Source: Octopus vulgaris
Taxonomy: Eukaryota
DNA: 64,000 nucleotides
Assembly (NCBI GenBank): GCA_951406725.2
Contig: OX597814.1
Coordinates: 197,284,001 to 197,348,000, forward strand
Direction of reading: 5' to 3'
In this document: in pieces, positions 29,602 through 42,827 of the stretch
Position numbering within the stretch: the first letter of the stretch is position 1
Layout of the letters: each line of letters starts with the position of its first letter
Notes under the pieces: generated by a model
Database searches by the model: none
The model's input: only the letters and a program-made list of their open reading frames with translations
What the model was told of the DNA's origin: nothing
Translations under genes and position numbers: made by a program

Positions 29602-29932
29602 GTTTAATGTCCGCTTTCCATGCTAGCATGGGTTGGACGATTTTTACTAATGGTGCAGAGCCTGGTGCAGATGGCTGCACCAGGCTCTAATCTTTATCTC
29701 CCAGAGTTTCTACAGCTGGATGCCCTTCCTAACGCTAACCACTCCGTGAGTGCAGTGGGTGCTTTTTACGTGCCACCGGCACGGGGGCCAGTCAGGCAGT
29801 ACTGGCAACGACCTCGCTCGAATCTTCTTACCGTGCCACCGGCACAGGTGCCAGTGAAGCGATGTGTGTAACGATCACGCTCGAATGGTGCCCTTTTATG
29901 AGCCACAGGTACAGAAGCCAGTTGGCTGCTCG
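29553..29932 (-). mobile_element. Retroposon 3' part with (GAT)n tail and internal ~63-bp tandem units
   Basis: Minus strand ...GTTAGGAAGGGCATCCAGCTGTAGAAAC...CCCATGCTAGCATGGAAAGCGGACATTAAAC(GAT)n; GTGCCACCGGCAC units repeated about three times. Confidence 0.7.
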
Positions 29933-30799
29933 TAAAAAGATTACTAGAATTGCATGATTTGCTGTTAATATATTTTTTACGTCAGAGCATCTTGGAAAAT
30001 GTTATGTATTATGTCAGAAAATGTTGGCATTAATATTCATTGCTTTCAGTTTACATGAAGAAAATTGGTAGGAATTGAAATCTTACTCTTTTCTGACTTT
30101 TCAATTAAATTTCTCATCTTCTCCTCAACTGTTTTTTTTTTTTTTTATCAATATCTATTTCTAACGGTTCTGTTATTTTTTTCTGTTTTTCAAATCCGGA
30201 ATCAGTTTTTTGCTTACCGCAAGAGAACGCGAAAAGAGTGAGGAAATATTCTTCATTGAGTATTTTTCTTTGAGATTCATGAACCTATTTCTATGCAATT
30301 GAATGTGAGGCATAATGGAACTGGTGAATAGAAAGGAAGAAAACTAGGAAATACTATATTTTCACCCAATCATGTTTATTCAATCACGTTTAGCCATGTT
30401 TGCTCTAACAGAAAACCTCAACAATGTTGAATAAACATATTTCAAAAATTTTTTTAAATAATTCTAAAATGGTTCAGATGTATACAGCAGTAGCTTGTGA
30501 AATAGAAAATTATTTACCATTTTGTTTTATTCTCATATCCAATATAATTACACACTGGTATGAAATGTTAAAACTACATATTTGCTTTAGACGGATTTTT
30601 ATTTCGACCACAGATAAATATTAGAAGAAAATTTAATAAATGCTGAATTCAAAATTCAATATTTTAAACTTTTAAAATATTATATCATTTAAAACGTGTA
30701 ATTTTGAATCCATGCACTCAGTGTTTGATCTATTATATTCTAGTTTTACTTATATTGAAGTTTTCAAAAGTAAAGTCTTCGAGTTGAAAATATCATAAC

Positions 30800-30968
30800 A
30801 AAATATTATTGTGTCTATACAATACTGCATCAGAATTATTTTATGGTATGTGTACAATATCAAAATTATATTGTGTGTCTACAATACCATCTCAAAATTA
30901 TTTTATAGGATATGTACAATATCGTATCAAATGTATGATATTTTGTGTATACAATAACATATCGAAAT
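30800..30968. repeat. Degenerate ~30-bp minisatellite
   Basis: Recurring ATTATT..TGTGT.TACAATA...TCA(A/G)A units, about five copies. Confidence 0.6.
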
Positions 30969-32024
30969 ATTTTATTCTCTTTCTCTCAATAACATTTCGC
31001 TGACATATTAGAATAATTTTATCCTACTAATATGAGTAGGATATGGGATAAACAAGACAGTTCACTTTCATATCGAAATTCTTTCTTATTTTCTAATCTT
31101 TCCTTCTAAATGTCAAGTGTTTGTTATTAGTTATTTATATTATTTCATTGTCTCTCTTATTGCTTGTCACATCGTAGTTTAGAATAAAGAAATTCTGTCT
31201 GCGCTTCTAATTTTCTAGTTTGCCTTAGAGCTTCTAACTGAGAATCTTCATAAAATCCTATATATTATACAATAGTAATTTATCTTAAAGTTTACAAATG
31301 TGTATTGAGAAGGAAATAAACAAAGAAAATAGCCTTTGGTTAAAAATACAAAAATTAAAAAATGACAAGATGCTTCAGGCGATACAAACAATTTGAAATT
31401 ATAATGATAATTTACAAGTAAAGAAAAGTTTTCAAATCATAATAAAAATATTTGAGATAATTATTAATCATGGCTTTGCCTCAGACATTTTCTTTCATTT
31501 AGGTAAATTAGTAATCATAATCTTGCCTCCAACAGATTTAAATTCGACAATAGATATCTGAAGTAAGACAAATAATACGAAGACATACAATATTGTGACT
31601 GTGAGAGCATATTATTCTATCCTCTATTTACAGTTTCACATCCGCACCAAACAAATTTTCGAACGAATTTTCTTTGGATTAAAAGGATTTTGAAACCAAA
31701 AGCAACATGCGATGCTGTGTGATTTAGAATTTTGATTCACAACCAAGTGATTACGGGTGGCATTTCTTTGGCTACAAACTTAGAAAATTTTCTACTATGG
31801 TTCGCATACAATTACTAAAATGAATTTGGTTGACTGAAACATTGGAGAAGCTCTTTGTGTTATATATATATTCAAATCTGGAGATTCTACTAAAGTAGAT
31901 GCAAGCGCCAATATATGATATATAAAAACATGTGACATATTAATAAAAATCTATAAATGTAAAACCATCCAGATTTCTGAGTACCTTATTTCTTCTAATA
32001 TATATACATACACACACACACACG

Positions 32025-32100
<76 letters not shown>

Positions 32101-33369
32101 TATATATAAAAGACATTCGCTTGGAGTTTGATAAAATCTTTGGCTCAGGGCGCCTACGACATATGTTAGTATCAGTATCTGATGAGTTTCTTGTATTTCG
32201 TTAAATGAATGTCCCATATGCGCCCATGAATCTTTAATTTATTTAAAGCTGAATGAAACTGTTAATAAATATGCAACTGGTGACCAGCTACGTTATACAT
32301 ATATGTACGTAGCTGCACAACAATTAGAAGTGATAAAATATATATACCTGGAAACATGTACCTAGAAACCACTGACGAATAATGCCCCAATAGAGTCGCA
32401 ATCCTATGGTCGAAAGTAACAAAATGAAATGTGTTAAATACTAACTTTTACATTAAAAATTAGGGTTTAAAAATTGCATTCTTCAACAGTTCGAAACTTT
32501 ACTACATTCGTAAAGAGCACAATTTAATCCCATTTCAACACCGACCATTATTTATTAACCATGAAGCTGCTCTAAATATTTCAATAATTTTTGAAACATT
32601 CAGAAATTAAACTGGTTACGAGTTTTATAACCTGACAAACTGATGGAAAGGAAACGAAGATGTTACTTTAGTATTATTTTTCATCGTGGTTTCAACATTT
32701 TACGGCTTTTTAATATTTAATTTATTTGGGATCTTTCAGTCTTTAGGCATTTCATTTCCCATATCAGAATATTGAATTCCGATAGTTCATCCTCTCGTTC
32801 CATGATCTGGTATTTATATATCTCTCAATACATTATTAACTAAATACTTTTAATTATTTAGAAGCGATAATGGTCATTATTTAACAGTTGCTAGCTGGAT
32901 TATCAATATCCTTGATTATCCTTAGGAAAGAATCATTCTCTAAGCTGGATAGCTAGAGAAACTGGGGTGATCCACAGGAGAGCTTTGTAATAAATATTGT
33001 AGATCGATTTGCAGATATTGGCAGGAGATAATACGTGGCATTTCAAGATCAGTAGATAAAAAGACCGAGGATGGCTGAGTGGAAGAGGAAGGAGAAACGG
33101 AGATGGAGGAGGATGGAGGGATGAGAAACACGAAGCAAAGACGAAAAGAGGGAGAAGAAATATGAGTGGAGAATTAAGCAGATTAGGAAAACGGGTGCGA
33201 GAGAAGATGGAGAAATAAGAAGATGAAGCAAGTAGCACACTCACACGCATATATATAATGTAGTTAACATGGCTAATGTTTCTTCTACAGAAGGTAATGC
33301 TGCGTAACTTACCCTAGTGGTGTGGGGTTCAAATTTCTAATACCGCTAGAAATGATTATCTACCATCTT

Positions 33370-33784
33370 ATTTATTTATTGCCCACAAGGGGCTAAAAAT
33401 AGAGGGGACAAATAAGGACAGATAAAGGGATTAAGTCGATTATATCTACCCCAGTGCGTAACTGGAACCTATTTAATCGACCCCGAAAGGATGAAAGGCA
33501 AGGTCGACCTCGGCGAAATTTGAACTCAGAACGTAACGGCAGACGAAATAACTATTTCTTTACTACCCACAGGGGGATAAACACAGAAAGGACAAACAAG
33601 GACACACAAACGGATTAAGTCGATTATATCGACCCCAGTGCGTAACTGGTACTTAATTTATCGACGCTGAAATGATGAAAGGCAAAGTCGACCTCGGCGG
33701 AATTTGAACTCAGAACGTAACGGCAGACGAAACACCGCGAAGCATTTCGCCCGGCGTGCTAACGTTTCTGCCAGCTCGCCACCT
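33370..33784 (-). mobile_element. Family B SINE dimer (one head, two bodies)
   Basis: Two CCCACA.GGGG..AAA...CAGACGAAA units followed by a single head (...CGCCCGGCGTGCTAACGTTTCTGCCAGCTCGCC). Confidence 0.9.
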
Positions 33785-36016
33785 TCGATTATCTTTCTAC
33801 TTCTAACTGTCCACCAGAGGACTCCATTCATTTATAACATTTACTCACAAACTATTGTACATATTGTTTGCAATTCTTTCATCCATACTTGAGCAAGTCC
33901 TATGAAGTATAGCTTTACTGAGGAGGACTAATAAAGTTCACCAACTGTACAGAGTTGTTTTCCATCAATATATAAATCCGTAGGCGCAGGCGTGGCTTAT
34001 ATGTGCAGGTGTGAGTCTGTGGTAAAAAAGCTTGCTTCCCAACCACATGATCTGGGTTCAGTACCACCTTGCTATATCCTCGGGCCGACCAAAGACTTCT
34101 GAGTGCATTTGGCAGAAGGAAACTGGAAGACGCTCATTGTACACAAACACACACACACACACACATTGTATTGTGGTAATAATTACCGTTATCATTACTG
34201 CTCAAAGTTATTTCCAGCATCACGCCAGCCAGTCGAAAACGAGATTTGGAATGATATTTAAACATGGCTGACTCCTAACCGGAAAGCTTCACAACTAAAA
34301 CAGCTAATGACGTATACCATACCCTTCGTTGTTAGAAGAGCAAGGCCTATTCACGGTCCGTGATTTCCGGTCTTCGGCATACAACAATTTCACCAGTTCA
34401 ATAACCAGGATGTATGTGTGTGTGTGTGTGGTGGTGGTGGTGGTGGTGGTGGCTTATGTGCTCGTCTATCGCCCCCGCTTCACAACCTATGATGATGTGT
34501 TTACGTCTTCGAGACTTAGCGGTTCGGCAAAACTTGACAGATAAAATAAGAGCCAGGTTTCCAAAAAATGATGTAAGTGCTAGGGTTCGATTCCTTCGTC
34601 TATAAATTCTTCAGGCCGTTGCCCATGTATAAAATAACGGTTCTCCTTTACCGAACCGCTAAGTTACGGGGACGTAAACAAACCAAAACCGGTTGTCAAG
34701 CGATGTTGAGAGAAAAACAAGCAAAAATTAAAACAGGAAGGACGATGTAAACAACTAGCCCTCTCCCGCAAAATTTCAGGTATCGTGCCTAGAGTAGAAA
34801 GGGTTATTATTGTCAAAAAACTAAGACAGGTGAGGTGGCATAGCTGGTAACGCATCGAACAAACTGCATTCTTTTTTCTTTTATTTTTTTTTCAGCCATT
34901 TCACTGCGGCCATGCTGGAGCACCGCCTTTAGTCGAGCAAATCGACCCCAGGACTTATTCTTTGTAAGCGTAGTACTTACTCTATCGGCCTCCTCTCTTG
35001 CCGAACCGCTAAGTGACGGGGACGTAAACACACCAGCATCGGCTGTCAAGCGACGTTGGGGAGGAACAAATACAGGCACACAAACATATACGCACACACA
35101 CACGATCAAATATCAACACTAAACCGCAACAATTAAAGAATGAACATTTAAGCAAACAAGCATTACAGATTGCGTCGGAGATAACCGTACTTTGTGATTG
35201 ATCCTACACATGCCAAACTTCCAAAGCACCGCACGCGTACCTAAGTGAACATATGTCCGGAAAGCTTTTATGAAAATGCAAATGAAGGTAAATGATTTCG
35301 TGTCAATGCGCATTTAATTCGGTCAGGTATTATAAATGCAGGCGACTGTTTGATGTCTTTGTAATGGCATTTACCTCAGGTGTTCCGATCAGATATATTC
35401 ACCCGAGGTAGAAAAAAAAACAGAAAGAAAAGAGAAAAGAGAAGCAAAGATAAAATGGATGAATGGCATTTATTTATTTATTTAGTAACAAGATTATTAA
35501 TATTATAAACGAAAATTCCGCAGCAGCTAGGAGTGAAAGATTCCCCTTCCTTTCTGCAACAATAGCGTTGGGTGTGTTTGGATGTGTGCATGTGTGTGTG
35601 TGTGTTTGTGTGCACATATGCATACAGATATATGTGCGTGTGTATATATGCATATGTAAATATCGAAACACAAACATTATATGGATAACAGTGTGTGTAT
35701 CTGAAAGCGTGTGTATATGTGAAAAAATGTGGGTGTCTACTATATGTATACATACTGGTGTAGATAATTCAGAAATACATATATATATATGTATGTATGT
35801 ATATCTATATATATATATATATACTTATACAATTGTTTGTTTGTATTCCACCTGCCTTCGTCTTTTGTCTGACTGTATTTATGTTTACAAATATATACAT
35901 AAAGCTTCCCGTTATATAAATATATATATATATATATGATGATATTGTATGCATATGGTATATGTATGTCTGACTGTATATATATGTTTACAAATATATA
36001 TATATATATTCATGAT

Positions 36017-36049
<33 letters not shown>

Positions 36050-36172
36050 ACCCACACATATATGGATGTACTTATTTGTGTGCGTATGTGTGCATATTTA
36101 TGCGTGTGTGTATTGTATATGTGTATGTATTTGTGTGCTTGTATAAGCATGTATATACGCACAGACACACAC

Positions 36173-36218
<46 letters not shown>

Positions 36219-36268
36219 GTGTGTGTGAGGGGGCGTATTAGTATATGTGTATATCTGAGTTATACATA

Positions 36269-36313
<45 letters not shown>

Positions 36314-36964
36314 TAATGACATTATCAAACAGTTTTCACTAATGGCGTATCAGATTGGCGACTTCTGGAATCATGAGTTTGTTTACACTTTTCATTTGAA
36401 GTCAATACTAATCGCCACCAAACGAAACATGTACCATGACTGGAAGCAAAGTCAGTTTCTATAATTTAGGAAGTTGTGTTGTGTTATGTTATTGTTGTTG
36501 TTGTTCTACATATACGTTGCTTTGTCCACTCCTACTTATGAAAGAATATTTATGTATATATGTGTGTGTGCGCGCGTCTGGTAGTTTCGTATATATGTAT
36601 ACACAGACACACACACGCAGACACACATATATATGTATATATGTATATATACGTGTGCGTATGCATGTAAGTATGTATATTGGTATACACACACATACAC
36701 ACACGTATATATAATTATTGTCTTCAATTCAAACGTAAACAGAATGCTCACATAGTCTCAAAGGTGTGTGTGTGTATATATATATATATATACACACACA
36801 GAGACAGAGACAGATAGAGACATACGTATATTTATATGTGTGTGTATGTGTGCGTAGGCGTGTGTAAATTCATATATTCGCTCATATTGATATGCATATA
36901 CTTGCATTTATACACATATATGTTTGTCTGTACGTGTGTGTGTGTATTTATACATGCATTAGCA

Positions 36965-37143
36965 GATAGATAGACAGACAGACAAACAGATGGATAGATA
37001 GTTAGACAGACAGATGGATAGATAGTTAGACAGACAGATGGATAGATAGTTAGACAGATAGATAGATAGTTAGACAGATAGATTGATAGATAGTTAGACA
37101 GATAGATAGTTAGAAAGATAGATAGATATATATATATATATAT

Positions 37144-37183
<40 letters not shown>

Positions 37184-37219
37184 TTTGACAGATAGATAGA
37201 TAAACAGTTAGGTAGATAC

Positions 37220-37279
<60 letters not shown>

Positions 37280-37405
37280 TTTGACAGATAGATAGATAAA
37301 CAGTTAGGTAGATACATAGATAGATAGATAGTTTGACAGATAGATAGATAAACAGTTAGGTAGATACATAGATAGACAGACAGAGAGATAGATAGACAGA
37401 TAGAT
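36965..37405. repeat. (GATA)n/(GACA)n compound satellite
   Basis: Directly visible, with a higher-order TAGTTTGACAGATAGATAGATAAACAGTTAGG unit present three times. Confidence 0.95.
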
Positions 37406-38278
37406 AAATGGAGAGGCTGACAGACAGGCAAGCAGTCAGACATACATAGATGTGGATATATATACATCCATACAAAAGCACAAACACGCTCACACACACA
37501 CCAACAGACACAAGGGCAAAATCCTGCGTACACGCTTGAATATATGTATTGTAAATGCGTCGCTTCCTGTTTGTCTTTTCGACTGTCACCTATTCCTCGC
37601 TTCGCATGCACCATTGCCATTTGACATATCTGTGAGCGCGCATGTGTTTGTATATGTATGTAACTAATCTTTACGTATGTGCAGTTTAGCATTCCTATAA
37701 TGTACGCCAGATTAAGGCGATTAAAGAACAGTTTTTCGCGTTCAGGCTCTGGAACTATTCCAACAGTGCCATTATTGATTGCATGTTGAGAGAATTACTT
37801 GCATTGCTACTCACTCTCGACTGCTTGATGACTCATTTCTGCCTTCGTCAACTACTATTTTTCTCTCGAAGTATTGATTAGAATGAAACATGAGACGTAT
37901 AATGAAGTGACGCGTGGGTCAGGCATAGTGGATCGCACACACACATATGCGTACGCATACACGATTGTACATATTTACTACACATCACCTGCGCGCTTTC
38001 TGTCTTTCTCACACACATACACACACACACACTTACATACACTGTACACTTACTAACGTAAATATAGAGAAGCGTAATACATTTACAGAAAGGAGAAAAG
38101 ACAGTGGATGTATATGATACAGTTATTTGAATGAGTAAAACAGAATGTGTATATATATATTATTAGAAGACCTATGCTGGAAACTGCGTTGCTTTCAACA
38201 AACTCTCATATACAGTCATATATACATATGTGTGTGTATCATTTAATAAACACAATGTATGTTTATGTATGTATGGAA

Positions 38279-38309
<31 letters not shown>

Positions 38310-38857
38310 CACACATACCTAAATATATGCGTAAATATATACATTCATATATATGGCGTAGGAGTGGCTGTGTGGCAAGTAGTTTGCTTACCAACCACAT
38401 GGTTCCGGGTTCAATCCCACTGAATGGACTTGGGCAAGTGTCTTCTTCTATAGCCTCGGCCTGACCAAAGCCTTGTGACTGAAACAAGTAAAAGAATAAA
38501 AGAGTATACATAGCTATATTCGTATGTACACATCTATCTATCTGTATACATTTCTATCTCTACACACGCGCACACACACACACACGTACCAATGTATAGT
38601 TTTGATTTTATGAGTAGTTAATTTGAAATTCAAGTGAAAGGTCAGCCAAAATATTTAGTAGAAGCCTGGCACTCCGTCAGTCACGACAACGTGGGTTCCA
38701 ATTGGTCCGATCAACGGAGCATCCTGCTCGTGAAATTATCGTGGAAGTGGCTGAGCACTCTACAGACATGTGTACCTTTAACGTAGTTCTCGGGGAGATT
38801 CAGCGTGACACAGAGTGAGACAACGCTTGCTCTTCGAAGTACATGTACAACGGAAAT

Positions 38858-39156
38858 AGGATGTTACTATAGTTTGTGGCCCCTGGAGGACACCTCATAC
38901 AGCTAGCTATTGACACACTTTCTGTGCCCTATCAGTATTTGCAAAGGGAAGCCATCCTTCTCATCTCAAACCTAACGTATTACACACGAACACGAGTTTC
39001 TGCTGATGACGGGTCAATACCCAGAAACTCGTGTCCGTGTGTATCACGTCAGACTGGCTTCCCTTTACAAAGGCTGATAGGGCACAGAAAGTATCAATAG
39101 CCAGCTGGGAGTGGGGGTGTCCTCCTTGGGCTACAAGCTACAGTATTATCCATCCT
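38858..39156. repeat. Nested fold-back element with an internal hammerhead-like core
   Basis: Outer imperfect arms 38858-38954/39055-39156; inner 22-bp arms 38981-39002/39022-39043; core CTGATGA-c-GGG tcaata CCC-a-GAAA-CTCGTG-TC. Confidence 0.8.
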
Positions 39157-40854
39157 TAACGGTTAGCCACATTTAAGTAGCAAATATACTTCATGATATA
39201 TATGTGTATCTTTTAGTCCGAATTTCACTCACAGAAAGCAAACGTGTAATTAATCACTCTATATGAAATGGATAAGACCGTAACTGAAAATGTCAGCCTG
39301 GGACGATTTTTATTCTTGTTCTTCGTTTATCACATATAATTTTGAATGTGTTATTGTTTTTCAGGCAGGGATAGTTAATCTTGATTTTGCATGCGTTGAA
39401 GTTTAATCATACTTGTATCTCTTTGTCTCACACTATCCAGATGATGTTTGACCATAATCGAGGCAACATAAAACAGGTTTACTTTTTCCATTGCGGTTAC
39501 AGATTTATTCCGCTATGTTGACTGGCCACTTATACGCATACTTAAGCGTGTGTGAGATTCTAAGAAAAGGAATTTATTTTACATGTTTGTGTACATATAT
39601 ATGTGTATATATATATATATACATATATGTATGTGTGCGCCTGTATGTAAGAAGGTATCATACATATATGATAGACGGTATCCAAAAGAATGAACTGTGT
39701 ATTAAAATGCATTATTTTCTGTTCGTGTTGGAAGATATATTCATATTCATCAAAATCCCTAAGGATATACGCAGAGAAATATTAAGCTCTTCAATATAAA
39801 CATATCGAAACGTATGCACCAAAATAGTAGATGTAAAAGCATATCATAACAATGGCAATAATATAATACAACCACCATTTATGATACAACGAATATGAAA
39901 TTTTCATTCACATGATATTCAATGCATATGGTATTTGATACGTGTAGATTTGTGGGCGAAAGCAAACATAGGCGTTTAATCTACTCATACAGTACTACAG
40001 TACTAATGCAAATATGTACTAATGTTATTCATATATTTATACATAGTAACCTTTTATTTGTTTCAATCAGTCAACTGCGGCCATGCTAGAGCACCGCCTT
40101 GAATGGTTTAGATGAGCTAATCTCCCCCACCCCAGTATATGGCTTTGTTTTGTTTTGTTTTTTAGTCTATTTATTATGTCGGTCTCTTCTGCGGAGCCGC
40201 TGAACAGTAGGGATGTAAAGAAAACATTACCGGTTGTCCAGTTGTGGAGAACTGACAAAATAAAAGGCACACGCACATATACACGCACAAACATCCACTT
40301 ACACACACATACATATACGATGGCTTCTGCAGAGGATTCCATATCTGAAATTCGCTCACAAGGCATTGCTCACTCGGGGCTATAGTAGACGACCCTTACA
40401 CAAGGTGCGACTCTATAGGCCTGAACACATAACCACGTGATTTCAAAGCAAATTTCCTGGCTCTACAGTTATGTCTACAACTAATAATAGTAACGAAGTA
40501 AATAACACAGAAACAAGCTAATCAGCTGAGAGGTAGATTAACTCATTCTGTAGATGGTCGGACGAAGTGCCTTACAGAATTTAGTAACTCAGGTTTTGAT
40601 TTAGACACCCATCAAGGTCAAATATGCCCTGCCTTTTTCTATCTGAAACCTTAATTTCGTTAAAGGTACACATGTTTGTGGAACCCCGGCCACTTGCAGT
40701 TAATTTCACTAGCAAGCTGTTCCGTTGGTCGGCATCAACTGGAACACACATTATCGTAACCGATGGAGTGCCAGTTTAGGATGTATGGTGCAATGATAGC
40801 CAAAATCTATCTCAAAATCTATCACAAAGCCACTTCTGCGCCTAGGATAGAAAG

Positions 40855-40974
40855 ACGTTTACAGCACCTAGGTTTCCCAAGCGGTCACCCATCTAAGTTC
40901 TAACTAGGTTCGACGTTGCTTAACTTCGGTGATCAAACGAGAACCGGTGTTTTCAAAGTGATATGGCCGTAAAC
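40855..40974 (-). rRNA. 5S rRNA: Solitary 5S rRNA gene copy, probably a pseudogene
   Basis: Reverse complement GTTTACGGCCATATCACTTTGAAAACACCGGTTCTCGTTTGATCACCGAAGTTAAGCAACGTCGAACCTAGTTAGAACTTAGATGGGTGACCGCTTGGGAAACCTAGGTGCTGTAAAC is a full-length metazoan 5S pattern. Confidence 0.9.
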
Positions 40975-41288
40975 AAGTTAGAATTCTTTCCACTCTTTGT
41001 ATTCCGAGGTTCAATTTGCCTTCCATCCTTTTATATCGATAAAATAAAATTGCCTTGAAGTACTAGTTTCAATATAATCGACTTGCCGCTCTCTCTCTTT
41101 GAACTTGCTGGCCTTGGGCTCAAGATGGAAATACTTGCTCTGAAGATGCTATGTAATAACGAAGTATTAGAAGAATAGTTTCAAGAACCATCCAGTTTAG
41201 GATGTGTATGATGGAATGATAGCCAAAATCTATATCAAATGATAGCCAAAATCTATCAAATATCTAATATGTGTGTATCTAACATTTG

Positions 41289-41701
41289 GGATCTTTTCGG
41301 TTTGAACGGCAGTTTTTTAAAATAATTTCCACGTAACTAAACACTTTTAAACTTCGTATACTGGTAGAATGTATTTATAAAACCTCTTTTTCTCTTGGCT
41401 TTATTGAGAAAATTCTATAGTTTGTAAGATGTTTGTTGTTTTTTTTTCTGCAATTTCTGCAATTTCAACCAATCAGTGACGTCTATTGAGGTCAAAACAC
41501 TCTGTGCCGTATGAATATGTTCCTCGCTTAAGAAACAGATCAGGTTTATTTACATTTGAGAAGAAAAAAAGATACCCTTCCCCCCAACTCCTAACCCGAA
41601 ATCAGATTGAAATGCAATAGATCGATACTAGGGTCATAATTATGGGTGACAATTTCATATGACACCGCTAGAAAAAACTGCCGTTCAAACCGAAAAGATC
41701 C
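41289..41701. mobile_element. MITE with 30-bp perfect TIRs and 8-bp TSD (Merlin-like)
   Basis: AACATTTG|GGATCTTTTCGGTTTGAACGGCAGTTTTTT ... AAAAAACTGCCGTTCAAACCGAAAAGATCC|AACATTTG. Confidence 0.9.
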
Positions 41702-42040
41702 AACATTTGTCTAACGCGAGTGACTTTTGTTATACTCTTTGGTTAATTAGCTGGTATATCACAATACATCTCAAGTAGTAACATTGTTAACACAGTAAAT
41801 CTTTAACGTGTTTGTTTATTCTTAACTCTTTGCCTATCCAAGGAATTTTCATAAGTTTGTTCTGAAAGTACGTGCTTATTTTCAGACTTTTGCTCCATTC
41901 TTGCTTCATACGTTCTGAGTAGAATTAGGCTTTCCTTTCTTAAATTCCAAGTTACTCTGGTGGTTGGCAAAAATTGGCAAAGTGTATCATATACGACGCA
42001 TGGAAGCCAGAGAAATATGTCCTGTGTATTACAAGTGACG

Positions 42041-42352
42041 TGGAGGCGCAACGGCCCAGTGGTTAGGGCAGAGGACTCGCGCTCGGAGGGTCGCGGTTTC
42101 GATTCCAAGGCCGGGCGTTGTGTGTGTTTATTGAGCGAAAACACCTAAAAGTTCCACGAGGCTCCGGCAGGGGGTGGTGACGACCTCTGTTATACTCTTT
42201 CGCCACAACTTCCTCTCACTCTCTCTTCCTGTTTCTTGAGTAACGCTGCCATGGACTGGCGTCCTGTCCAACTGGGTGGGGGGGACACACATACGCCACA
42301 GAAACCGGGAAACCGGGCCCATGAGCCTGGCTAGGCTTGTAAATGGCGACGT
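42041..42352 (+). mobile_element. Family C SINE (tail type 1)
   Basis: GGAGGCGCAACGGCCCAGTGGTTAGGGCAG...GGTTTCGATTCC; similar to the 14950 copy. Confidence 0.85.
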
Positions 42353-42827
42353 TTTTACGTTTATCGTTACAAGTGACACACAGGCCAAGCAAAGGGTTAA
42401 TTCTTCTTATAGGCGAATGGTTGGATTCTACCTTCTGATATTATAATAGGTCAGATTGTGAGATCGTTTCTTCGCTATCTCGGCTCAGAAGTGCATGAAC
42501 TTGCTAACAGTTCGTTGCTATGATTTAATTTAAATGTTATTTAAATTATATTTCTTGATGTAAACTAAGACAAATACATACTGACATCTTTCAAGCTTAA
42601 TGCTTGTAAATTATTTGATATTGAATAAACCTGACGATCTGATAAATATCAAATTCAATTTCTAAGGTGATTTGTACAATATGTCTTTGTAAATCTTCAC
42701 AAGTTTACCTCGTTTAAAACAGACGTCAGCAACTGTTTACTTTCCAGTTTTAGTTTACCCATCGTTGAAAATAAACAAACTTATATTTAAAGTTGTATAT
42801 AATCATTAATATCAATTAAAGGCCAGG

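Noticed and set aside
32370-32420. CTGACGA...GAAA hammerhead-like spacing (a similar degenerate case lies at ~39760-39820)
   Set aside because: No NUH site or stem I/III can be formed.
41580-41600. CCTAACCC telomere-like motif
   Set aside because: Single copy internal to the MITE.
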